IMG/VR virus record: IMGVR_UViG_3300006120_000030
Coordinates: 1-52,120 of that record
Length of the DNA stretch: 52,120 nt
From: a virus
Taxonomy: Duplodnaviria > Caudoviricetes
Direction: 5' to 3' (one strand)
This document shows, one piece after another, positions 8,056 to 15,075 of the stretch. A program made the position numbers and the translations under genes. Below the pieces are notes generated by a model. It ran no database searches. It was not told the DNA's origin and saw only the letters and a list, made by a program, of their open reading frames with translations. Numbering within the stretch: position 1 is the stretch's first letter; each line of letters begins with the position of its first letter.

Positions 8056-8658
8056 ATGCAATGTGAAAGGGGCCTTCTTCCTCATCTGGGAACTTACGGG
8101 TCTGGGCGTTTTTGCTCAGCAAAGTGCGCTCGAGGATTCTCATCAGCTGAGAAGCGGCATGAGATCAACGAAAAGGTTCGTAAGACCCTGTCAAAAAAGT
8201 TCGTTGATCCTCACAGCGATGATGTTTTTCGAGCAGCAGCAGATCAAGCAAAGAGTTGGGCTCACCTACTTCGCTTGTTGTCATTCCCTGTTGCAGGAAA
8301 TACACACAATCACGTCAAGCGAAGGGCGGAGCTTCTAGCGATTGACACAACACACATCTGGAAGAAGCTAGCATCGGTCGAAGACATTCTGACAAAAACC
8401 AATAGAGGGTATGGCATTCGTCTTCGAACAAGTCTGATCAAGATCGGTCGTGAGTATGTGTGTGGAATTTGTGGGCAAGAGCCCTTCTGGAACGGGAGAC
8501 CTCTGACACTTCAAGTCGATCACATCAACGGTGATCGTTTCGATCACACTCCTGAGAATTTGCGATTTGCATGTCCAAACTGTCATACGCAAACTCCGAC
8601 CTTCGGGTCGAAGAATAGAAAACGCGTCGCTACTTGTCTGGTGACAAGCCTTGTGTGA
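8056..8658 (+). CDS. HNH homing endonuclease
   Basis: RFCSAKC N-terminal motif; LQVDHINGDRFDHTPENLRFACPNCHTQT. Confidence 0.9.
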   Translation: MQCERGLLPHLGTYGSGRFCSAKCARGFSSAEKRHEINEKVRKTLSKKFVDPHSDDVFRAAADQAKSWAHLLRLLSFPVAGNTHNHVKRRAELLAIDTTHIWKKLASVEDILTKTNRGYGIRLRTSLIKIGREYVCGICGQEPFWNGRPLTLQVDHINGDRFDHTPENLRFACPNCHTQTPTFGSKNRKRVATCLVTSLV

Positions 8659-8696
8659 CACACAAGTGCAGGCGGGTTCGATCCTCGCGCGACGCA
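8624..8696 (+). tRNA. tRNA-Val(GAC)
   Basis: cloverleaf, gtGACac; HNH stop codon lies in its anticodon loop. Confidence 0.8.
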
Positions 8697-8724
8697 CTGC
8701 AGACTTCGCTGTCTGCGACTTCAC

Positions 8725-8925
8725 TTCCGCGTAGCCCAACGGACGGGCACCTACAAAACGAAGAGGCTCCGGTAAAACGGCGGGAAGGCCCACTTCAACG
8801 GTGGGTAGGCTCTAAGGTTGCAGAAGCACCGAATGGCATGGAGATCCCAGGTCGCTAGGGAAGCACGTGATCCTCCAAAAATGGAGCCGAACGACTCGAT
8901 GTGGGTTCGATTCCCACCGCGGAAA
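8725..8925 (+). ncRNA. tRNA-like RNA with ~150-nt insert replacing the anticodon arm
   Basis: ttccgcg/cgcggaa acceptor, gccc/gggc D arm, gtggg-ttcgatt-cccac T arm. Confidence 0.65.
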
Positions 8926-9009
8926 CAAAGACGATTCGAGAAATGCAAAGATGAGAATGACGTGATAGAGTAGACAGGTAGAGAGAAACGACGAAGACGT
9001 GATGATGAC

Positions 9010-9082
9010 CGGCCAATGGTCTAGTGGTTCTGGACGGGAAGCTGATAACTTCTAGGTCGAGGTTCGATTCCTCGTTGGCCGA
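9010..9082 (+). tRNA. tRNA-Ile(GAT)
   Basis: cloverleaf, ctGATaa. Confidence 0.9.
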
Positions 9083-9083
9083 C

Positions 9084-9160
9084 TGCAGGAGAGTGACGCG
9101 GTTCATGCAAGGCTCATAACCTTCGCGACGGCAGGGTTCGACTCCCTGTTCCTGCTACCA
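9084..9160 (+). tRNA. tRNA-Met(CAT), initiator-like
   Basis: ctCATaa, 1:72 mismatch, CCA. Confidence 0.78.
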
Positions 9161-9162
9161 AT

Positions 9163-9235
9163 CGATCTGTAGCGCAACGGTTGACGCGCTTCTTTCACAC
9201 AGAAGAACACAGGGGTTCGACTCCCTTCTGATCGA
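9163..9235 (+). tRNA. tRNA-Val(CAC)
   Basis: cloverleaf, ttCACac. Confidence 0.85.
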
Positions 9236-9244
9236 CGAAGACTT

Positions 9245-9318
9245 GCCCTCGTAGCTCAGCGGAATAGAGCTATCGCCTTCTAAGCGATGGGTCGCTGGTT
9301 CGATTCCAGCCGAGGGTG
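9245..9318 (+). tRNA. tRNA-Arg(TCT)
   Basis: canonical cloverleaf, ctTCTaa. Confidence 0.93.
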
Positions 9319-9333
9319 CTACGGAAAGATTTT

Positions 9334-9406
9334 GCCCCTGCCAGCGGCCCTGGCGAAGAGTCTACGAAACTCATCTGCGAACGTTCAACTCGTTTCAGGG
9401 GCTCCA
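9334..9406 (+). tRNA. tRNA-Arg(ACG), short atypical D arm
   Basis: ctACGaa, acceptor gcccctg/caggggc, CCA. Confidence 0.75.
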
Positions 9407-9414
9407 CTTGTTAC

Positions 9415-9488
9415 GCTCCCATCATTGCTAGCGGCTAGGCAACTTGGTTCTCAGCCAAGGAACACGGGTTCGAGTCCCGTTGGGCGCA
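9415..9488 (+). tRNA. tRNA-Glu(CTC)
   Basis: cloverleaf, ttCTCag. Confidence 0.85.
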
Positions 9489-9564
9489 CGAGGGTTGTGT
9501 TTGGGTGCAAGTCCCAATAAATCGTCTGCAGCGAAGTCACAGCGGCGCACGACCCGCTAACTAC

Positions 9565-9636
9565 GTCTCTATCGTCTAGCGGCAAGGACAGCTGATTCTC
9601 AATCAGCAAACGCGGGTTCGATTCCCGCTAGGGACA
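9565..9636 (+). tRNA. tRNA-Glu(CTC)
   Basis: cloverleaf, ttCTCaa. Confidence 0.9.
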
Positions 9637-9655
9637 CAAAGTTGATGTGTGAAAC

Positions 9656-9727
9656 GTCCCAGTCGTCTACAGGAAGGACACTAGGTTTTCAACCTGGGTA
9701 ACGCGGGTTCGATTCCCGTCTGGGACA
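9656..9727 (+). tRNA. tRNA-Glu(TTC)
   Basis: cloverleaf, ttTTCaa. Confidence 0.9.
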
Positions 9728-9731
9728 CTAC

Positions 9732-9813
9732 CGGAGATTCGCCTATTGGGATGGCGCCTGCTTTGGGAGCAGGAGAGGAAACTCACTAGGGTGTTCGATT
9801 CACCCATCTCCGA
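9732..9813 (+). tRNA. tRNA-Pro(TGG) with long variable arm
   Basis: ttTGGga; gag-gaaa-ctc extra arm. Confidence 0.82.
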
Positions 9814-9814
9814 C

Positions 9815-9886
9815 TGGGACGCCGCTAGAGCGGCCGCGATTCTGATCAGGCGCGAGACGCAGGTGCAATTCCTGCCGTCCCAACCA
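9815..9886 (+). tRNA. atypical tRNA, probably Gln(CTG); Ile(GAT) reading also possible
   Basis: tgggacg/cgtccca acceptor, CCA, enlarged anticodon loop attctgatcagg. Confidence 0.5.
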
Positions 9887-9926
9887 GTCTTGATACAAGT
9901 TTCGGATTCGAAGTATACTTGCTGAC

Positions 9927-10493
9927 ATGGACATCGAACAGGTTCGAGACATCGTAAGAACGTCACATTGCAAGACTGCTGCGATGGAACGTCTTGGGAT
10001 CACTCTCAATGGACGTGGAACGAAGAAGTTTGATCAACTCGTTGTCCAGTACGAACTGAATGTTGAGCACTTTGATACTCATGCAAAAACGAGGAAGTAC
10101 GAACGAATTTCAAAGATATGTCCTGGGTGTCTAAAGACATTTGCGACACTGAAAGGATTTCCTAGAGAGAAAGTCGTATGTTCTCACGCATGTGCTAACA
10201 CTTACTTTCGATCAGGAGAGAACAATCCAAATCGCCAGCGACGCAATGAAAGGATTGACCGGGGAGAACTGACGTATGCAGAGACATGTTGGCTGCATCA
10301 CAAGCGAGAGTGCATCATTTGCGGAGAAACGCTCGTTGTCGAAGCGCATCACTATAACGAGGACCACAGTGACAATCGTCCTGAGAACTTCGTTCCTCTC
10401 TGCCCAACACATCATCAGTACTGGCATTCGCGTTATCGGAATGTTGTCGAGGACAAAGTTCGTGAGTATGTAGAGAAATTCATCGGGGTGTAA
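9927..10493 (+). CDS. HNH homing endonuclease
   Basis: CPGC/CSHAC motif; CIICG..EAHH..DHSDNRPENFVPLCPTHH. Confidence 0.88.
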   Translation: MDIEQVRDIVRTSHCKTAAMERLGITLNGRGTKKFDQLVVQYELNVEHFDTHAKTRKYERISKICPGCLKTFATLKGFPREKVVCSHACANTYFRSGENNPNRQRRNERIDRGELTYAETCWLHHKRECIICGETLVVEAHHYNEDHSDNRPENFVPLCPTHHQYWHSRYRNVVEDKVREYVEKFIGV

Positions 10494-10555
10494 GTCAGCA
10501 GCAGACAACTCGGTTCGGATCCGAGTAGCCGTTGGTGCAAGTCCAACCATCCCGA
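10484..10555 (+). tRNA. tRNA-Pro(CGG)
   Basis: ttCGGat; 5' end overlapped by HNH ORF. Confidence 0.82.
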
Positions 10556-10559
10556 CTAC

Positions 10560-10642
10560 GGGTCATAGCTAGGCGTCAACATGAGGCCCTCGCGAGAGGG
10601 TTGGACTCATGTGTGTGGGTTCGAGTCCCGCATGATCCACCA
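10560..10642 (+). ncRNA. RNA resembling only the tmRNA tRNA-like domain (no mRNA domain)
   Basis: gggtcat/atgatcc acceptor with G3:U70, A73-CCA, stemless D loop, long helix capped by GCGA, canonical T arm. Confidence 0.6.
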
Positions 10643-10758
10643 TGTGTGAAGGTGTAACGGTTGCAAGCCCAATAGCTGCGCGCACGTTCGATTCGTGCGA
10701 AGGGGTGGTCCCAGTGGCGTCGTCAGACGGGAGGAGAGGTTCGATCCCTCACACACAT
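10643..10758 (+). ncRNA. tRNA-like element with two T arms
   Basis: tgtgtg/cacaca ends, D-like arm, gcacg-ttcgatt-cgtgc and gagg-ttcgatc-cctc. Confidence 0.45.
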
Positions 10759-10762
10759 GAAT

Positions 10763-10848
10763 GGAAGGCTTGGGCATTGGTAAGCCCACCTGTTTCGAAA
10801 ACAGACGATGATGAAAGTTGTCTATCGGTTCAACTCCGGTGCCTTCCG
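10763..10848 (+). tRNA. tRNA-Ser(CGA)
   Basis: ttCGAaa, long variable arm. Confidence 0.85.
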
Positions 10849-10932
10849 CTACGATGCAATCCAGCATCGGATCACAGTGAGCGTCGTGGTGGCAAGTCCC
10901 GGGGGTCGATCCCGTAGCTCACATCGACAAAT

Positions 10933-11015
10933 GGAGAGTGTTGCGGGCGTGGGCCGGCACCCGATTGGAACTCGGGCAGTGAGAAATTACTAGGGTTCGA
11001 CTCCCTCTCTCTCCT
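10933..11015 (+). tRNA. tRNA-Ser(GGA)
   Basis: ttGGAac, long variable arm. Confidence 0.78.
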
Positions 11016-11095
11016 CCGCTGAACTGTTCGTGACTCGTGGTCCCTCTAAGATCCCCTTTGAAAGACAAGTAGACGGCGGATTCAGCGTGCACTTC

Positions 11096-11182
11096 GGAAG
11101 GATGGCCGAGCGGTTGATGGCTCCGGTTTTGAAAACCGGCGTGGGTGAAAGCTCACCGGGGGTTCGAATCCCTCTTCTTCCA
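11096..11182 (+). tRNA. tRNA-Ser(TGA)
   Basis: canonical class II cloverleaf, ttTGAaa. Confidence 0.92.
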
Positions 11183-11200
11183 CTGCGACGATGTGTGATT

Positions 11201-11285
11201 GGAAGATGCTGTCCCAGTGGTGGGACCCCCGGTTGCTACCCGGGTTGGGGCGCAAGCCCCAGAGGTTCGACTCCTCCTTCTTCCG
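11201..11285 (+). tRNA. tRNA-Ser(GCT)
   Basis: ttGCTac, long variable arm. Confidence 0.82.
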
Positions 11286-11362
11286 CAGGCCTGCTCAGGA
11301 GCCTATCCCGAGCTTGGTTCCGCCGGTAAACCAGAGGGGAAGATCCTCGACCCCGGCTCCAT

Positions 11363-11438
11363 GGTGGCAGAAGCCAAACGGCTAGGCGCATGATTGTGGA
11401 TCATGTATTAGCGGGTTCAACTCCCGTCTGTCACCCCA
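11363..11438 (+). tRNA. tRNA-His(GTG)
   Basis: G-1, ttGTGga, C73-CCA. Confidence 0.92.
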
Positions 11439-11439
11439 C

Positions 11440-11514
11440 GGCGGGGAACGCTACCGATCTGCGGCCTGTCTGCAAAACAGGTGCTAGTGGGTTCAACTCC
11501 CACCCCCGCCTCCA
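11440..11514 (+). tRNA. tRNA-Cys(GCA)
   Basis: ctGCAaa, U73-CCA. Confidence 0.88.
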
Positions 11515-11517
11515 ACG

Positions 11518-11676
11518 TCTTCGTGTCAGTAACGCATGGCCTACCTGCAGGGTCAAAAAGTGCAGTGCTGGAATTGGCATACAGGGGCCTGGCGAAAGCT
11601 GGGTTGCCCCGCCGACCTTGTAAGTCGGAGAAGGGCGTGCGGGTTCGAGTCCCGAATACGTGAAACTCACGAAGAT
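11518..11676 (+). ncRNA. permuted Leu-type tRNA-like RNA inside an outer stem
   Basis: tcttcgtg/cacgaaga outer stem; closed ctgca/tgcag stem, Leu-like D loop, GAAA-capped arm, long arm, T arm. Confidence 0.55.
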
Positions 11677-11679
11677 TAC

Positions 11680-11751
11680 GCTGAAATGGTGCTAGTGGCA
11701 GCACGATCCTTTGGTATGGGATAGGCGCGGTTTCGATTACCGCTTTCAGCT
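11680..11751 (+). tRNA. tRNA-Thr(GGT)
   Basis: cloverleaf, ttGGTat. Confidence 0.88.
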
Positions 11752-11772
11752 CTGCCTCGAAAGAGGCGACTT

Positions 11773-11844
11773 GCAGCACAGGTCAAGTGGTTAGACGTCG
11801 CGTTGCCAACGCGATTTAGAGGAGTTCGATTCTCCCGTGCTGCT
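11773..11844 (+). tRNA. tRNA-Gly(GCC)
   Basis: cloverleaf, ttGCCaa. Confidence 0.87.
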
Positions 11845-11874
11845 CAAACCGCGCGATGTATAATCGCACGGAAC

Positions 11875-11956
11875 GCGGGTATGGCTCAGTGGCGACAGCA
11901 TCAGTTTTCCAAACTGATATACAACACCGTGGGTTCGAGTCCCACTACCCGCTCCA
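11875..11956 (+). tRNA. tRNA-Gly(TCC), extended variable region
   Basis: ttTCCaa, U73-CCA. Confidence 0.87.
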
Positions 11957-11957
11957 T

Positions 11958-12030
11958 TGCTAGGTCGAATAACTGGGAATTCACCGCACTGTTAATGCGG
12001 CCGATGTAGGTTCGACTCCTACCCTAGCAG
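11958..12030 (+). tRNA. tRNA-Asn(GTT)
   Basis: cloverleaf, ctGTTaa. Confidence 0.88.
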
Positions 12031-12033
12031 CTA

Positions 12034-12351
12034 ATGTCAAAAAAGAAGAACATCCGCCAGAACTTTCGCGATGCTGTCTTTGAGAGAGACAAACATCGGT
12101 GTCGTATGTGTCCAAAGGTGCTGGGTCTGGGTGAGGGCCTTGATGCCCACCACATCACGGACAGAGGCGACATGCCCAATGGTGGGTACGTCAAGGAGAA
12201 CGGCATCGCCCTCTGCGAGAACTGCCACATCAAGGCCGAAGAATTCCACTCGACGGGCACGTCCCATCCCGGGTACTCTCCCGAGGACCTCTACCGAGTG
12301 ATCGGTTCCAGCCACATTGCGGCTGTGAACGCGTCAGAAAGGCTGAAGTGA
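12034..12351 (+). CDS. HNH endonuclease
   Basis: VFERDKHRCRMC..LDAHHI..NGIALCENCH. Confidence 0.85.
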   Translation: MSKKKNIRQNFRDAVFERDKHRCRMCPKVLGLGEGLDAHHITDRGDMPNGGYVKENGIALCENCHIKAEEFHSTGTSHPGYSPEDLYRVIGSSHIAAVNASERLK

Positions 12352-12355
12352 TTAC

Positions 12356-12428
12356 GCTGGTGTAGCGCAAAGGCAGACGCGCCTCTCTCGTAAGGAGGAT
12401 CATGTGGGTTCAACTCCCATCACCAGCT
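12356..12428 (+). tRNA. tRNA-Thr(CGT)
   Basis: cloverleaf, ctCGTaa. Confidence 0.88.
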
Positions 12429-12484
12429 CAAAGGTAGAGCGAAGCAGGCATTTACATGCTCTAGATCTAGAGTAGATTCTCTGT

Positions 12485-12961
12485 ATGCCGGAATGTGATT
12501 TCTGCGGAAAGGTTTACACGAGTCGAGGGTTCCTCTTTCATAGAAGATATTGTAGGAAGAATCCTGATCGAGATTCTACGCTGAGAAAAAGTCAAGCATG
12601 GCTTGACGCGATGTCCCAGCGCAAGGGCCAATCGATCAATCAGTACAAGGACGTCGATTGGTCATCTGTTCCATTTGACATCTTGACCTTCAGCAAGAAG
12701 CGTCAACGTCTCCTTGAAGAGAGTAAATTCTCCTGTACCTTGTGTGGATTTTCGACTCGTCGACCGTGTGGGGGTTCGATCCTTGAGATTGACCATCTTG
12801 ACGGCGATCACACAAACAACACGCGAGAAAATCTTCGCGTACTATGTCCTAACTGTCACGCTCTCACGCCCAACTTTCGCAATTGGGGCAGAACATCGAC
12901 GAAGAAAACCTCAAAAAGAGTTCGCAAGGGCAACAAAGACTTCAAGTGTAAAGTCGACTAG
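12485..12961 (+). CDS. HNH homing endonuclease
   Basis: ILEIDHLDGDHTNNTRENLRVLCPNCHALT; paralog of 5944. Confidence 0.9.
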   Translation: MPECDFCGKVYTSRGFLFHRRYCRKNPDRDSTLRKSQAWLDAMSQRKGQSINQYKDVDWSSVPFDILTFSKKRQRLLEESKFSCTLCGFSTRRPCGGSILEIDHLDGDHTNNTRENLRVLCPNCHALTPNFRNWGRTSTKKTSKRVRKGNKDFKCKVD

Positions 12962-12986
12962 ACGTGGTGTAAGGTAGTCAAGTAAC

Positions 12987-13069
12987 GCCTGGGTCCCATA
13001 GCGGTCGATTGGTCGGGTTTTGTAAACCCGCGGAGCAATCCCACGTGAGTTCGACTCTCACTCCAGGCT
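12987..13069 (+). tRNA. tRNA-Thr(TGT) with long variable arm
   Basis: ttTGTaa; gga-gcaa-tcc extra arm. Confidence 0.82.
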
Positions 13070-13091
13070 CCGCGACATTGTGCTGATTCGA

Positions 13092-13164
13092 GCCTCTTTA
13101 GCTCAGCGGTAGTAGCGTTCGGCTTACACCCGGATGGTCGTCGGTTCGATCCCGACAGGAGGCA
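13092..13164 (+). tRNA. tRNA-Val(TAC)
   Basis: canonical cloverleaf, ctTACac. Confidence 0.92.
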
Positions 13165-13171
13165 CAAAATC

Positions 13172-13444
13172 ATGAAAGCAAGAATCCTGGGCGTCGGCAT
13201 GAAAGTTCGCACCAAGGGTGCCTTCTACGGCATCGAGGGTGTCGTGACGAGTATCCGACGTGGCTACAACATCGAGAATCATGGCACTGTGGAGTTCCGA
13301 GTCACACGAAAGTTTCCACCCCGAGATTTTGGTCAAGGGACCTCCGGAGCTGCACGAGCTCTATTTTGGAGCTGGGTCAGGGTCGGCGACCTTGAGCACT
13401 TCGTCTTCTACGGGTGGCCCGAGACCCTCGAGGTGGTTCGATGA
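13172..13444 (+). CDS. hypothetical SH3/KOW-like small protein
   Basis: VGMKVRT..GIEGVVTSI pattern. Confidence 0.6.
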   Translation: MKARILGVGMKVRTKGAFYGIEGVVTSIRRGYNIENHGTVEFRVTRKFPPRDFGQGTSGAARALFWSWVRVGDLEHFVFYGWPETLEVVR

Positions 13445-13800
13445 AGACCAGAGTCGGAACCCATCGCTGTGGTGCTTCTCGCTCTTGGCTGAAGCAGTTT
13501 CGTCGGCCCAACAAGGAGAAACGCGTCAAGTCCTACTTCAGCCACAAGCGGTGGACCGTGGAGAAGCTCCTGCCCCTCGTCCGCATGGACGTGCAGAATA
13601 TTCGGGACAACTCGACCCATGGATGGGAATGGCGAGTTTCTGCGGATTCTCTCGCGCTGAAGTACTCCGCCAAGAAGGCGCTCGTCACGGCTTGCCTCCA
13701 TCGGCTGACCGCCGAGGGACTGATCGGCCACAAGATCCGAGGTCATGTGGACCACGATGGTTGTTGGTTTTCCAGCTTCTATTCGGTGGTGCGCAAGTGA
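13441..13800 (+). CDS. hypothetical protein, possible winged helix
   Basis: ATGA-coupled; ADSLALKY..LVTACLHRLTAEGLI. Confidence 0.55.
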   Translation: MKTRVGTHRCGASRSWLKQFRRPNKEKRVKSYFSHKRWTVEKLLPLVRMDVQNIRDNSTHGWEWRVSADSLALKYSAKKALVTACLHRLTAEGLIGHKIRGHVDHDGCWFSSFYSVVRK

Positions 13801-13967
13801 CCAGACAAGAGAAGAAGAAGTTGCAGAGAGAGCTGCGTGCCGCTGAGGTGGAGCGCATGCGGGCTGCTGAGAGTGAGTGCGCCACCGGTCCTATTCGTCT
13901 CGGAATCCAGCCTGTCACTCGGGCCTCGGGCTTCATCTTCTACGCGGACTACATGGCAAGCAAATGA
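13797..13967 (+). CDS. small protein ending in a gp23 major-capsid-like peptide
   Basis: GTGA-coupled; LGIQPVTRASGFIFYADY. Confidence 0.55.
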   Translation: MTRQEKKKLQRELRAAEVERMRAAESECATGPIRLGIQPVTRASGFIFYADYMASK

Positions 13968-14224
13968 TGACCCTCGACGAGTCGATCAAGTGGCACGAGC
14001 AAATGGCCGCCCAGTGCCACTGGGATGCTGAGATCCACGACCAGCATGGGAGCCAGGACCTGGCAGCAGGCGCCCGCCATGACGAGGCCGACTACGCCCA
14101 GACGGCGGACTGGCTGAAGGAACTACGTGCTTACCGCGCCTGGGAGAAGTCCTCCAAGGCGTGTTCATGTCGAGACCACGGAGACAAGAAATGCCCGATC
14201 CCTACAGAGAGCCTGCCGGAGTAG
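13964..14224 (+). CDS. hypothetical protein
   Basis: MMTLDESIKWHE...QTADWLKELRAYR pattern familiar from phage small proteins. Confidence 0.65.
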   Translation: MMTLDESIKWHEQMAAQCHWDAEIHDQHGSQDLAAGARHDEADYAQTADWLKELRAYRAWEKSSKACSCRDHGDKKCPIPTESLPE

Positions 14225-14376
14225 TGAAGTACGAGTACAAGTTTCTCGCGGATTGCTCCCACCAACGTCTAGAAAGCGAAGCCAATCGCCTCGGAGCGAT
14301 GGGATTCAGGCTCGTGCCGGTCGCCACGTCCCATGGTGAGTACAAGACCTACGTCATGGAGCGCGAGGTCAAGTGA
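14224..14376 (+). CDS. DUF4177-like small protein
   Basis: KYEYKF..LE..ANRLGAMGFRLV..YVMERE. Confidence 0.55.
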   Translation: MKYEYKFLADCSHQRLESEANRLGAMGFRLVPVATSHGEYKTYVMEREVK

Positions 14377-14684
14377 AGCACTGCGGAGATGACTTCGAAT
14401 GGATCAAGAAGAAGATCGCAGAGTGGGATGAGGGACTGAACTCGATCGCTGGAATCGAGAGTGAGATTTATATGCACGTGCTCTCTGACGTTCTTGAATA
14501 TGTCAGAGAGACAGGCAACTTCCGCATGTGCGGCTCCTGTTGCTGTTCGTCCCATCCGCCCGACAAGAATATGACTGTTCATGTCCGAGAGCACGTGCAT
14601 GGCATTGACCTCGTGAAAGATCAGCCAGATCTCTGTAAGGAATGCGGCTACAAGCATCCCGGCGGGACGTGTTACGACTCATGA
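14373..14684 (+). CDS. hypothetical Cys-rich protein
   Basis: coupled ORF. Confidence 0.55.
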   Translation: MKHCGDDFEWIKKKIAEWDEGLNSIAGIESEIYMHVLSDVLEYVRETGNFRMCGSCCCSSHPPDKNMTVHVREHVHGIDLVKDQPDLCKECGYKHPGGTCYDS

Positions 14685-15040
14685 GAGTCCTAGTCACGGG
14701 TGACCGCAAGTGGAAGGACGTCGAGAAGATCGCAGCAGTCATCTCTCGACTTCCGCATGACACTGTGCTCGTTCACGGCGCCGCAAGAGGTGCCGACACG
14801 ATCGCGGGCGTGGTGGCTGAGGCATTGTTGCTCAAGGTCATTGCTGTCCCTGCTGACTGGGACAAGTACGGTCGAGCTGCGGGACCGATCCGGAATGGCG
14901 TGATGTTGCGAGACCACGGTCCCTTCGACCTCGTGTGCGTTTTCCACCCGAACCTCGACGAGTCCAAGGGCACCGCTAACATGGTAGAACAGTTGCGAAC
15001 TGAGGGCTACGGTCCCGACAAGTTTCTCTTCATCAAGTGA
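14681..15040 (+). CDS. SLOG-superfamily (DUF2493/YspA-like) protein
   Basis: RVLVTGDR, LVHGAARGAD, ADWDKYGRAAGPIRN, KGTANMV. Confidence 0.85.
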   Translation: MRVLVTGDRKWKDVEKIAAVISRLPHDTVLVHGAARGADTIAGVVAEALLLKVIAVPADWDKYGRAAGPIRNGVMLRDHGPFDLVCVFHPNLDESKGTANMVEQLRTEGYGPDKFLFIK

Positions 15041-15075
15041 AAAGTCTCCCAAAATAGCGGTATGATGCTCTCATC

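Noticed and set aside
8725-8925. Full-length tmRNA or group I intron-containing tRNA
   Set aside because: Has a D stem, lacks G3:U70, is short, and shows no evident tag frame, intron core or reconstitutable anticodon arm.
9492-9555. Twister-sister ribozyme
   Set aside because: Only the GGUGCAAGUCC-like loop matches; the other conserved segments are not seen.
4958-12009. Many short ORF-track entries across the tRNA array
   Set aside because: They are translations of tRNA sequence on either strand; only the HNH genes and 6485-6688 look coding.
4772-13164. Suppressor tRNA or stop-codon recoding
   Set aside because: No CTA, TTA or TCA anticodon found; known genes end normally at TAG, TGA and TAA.
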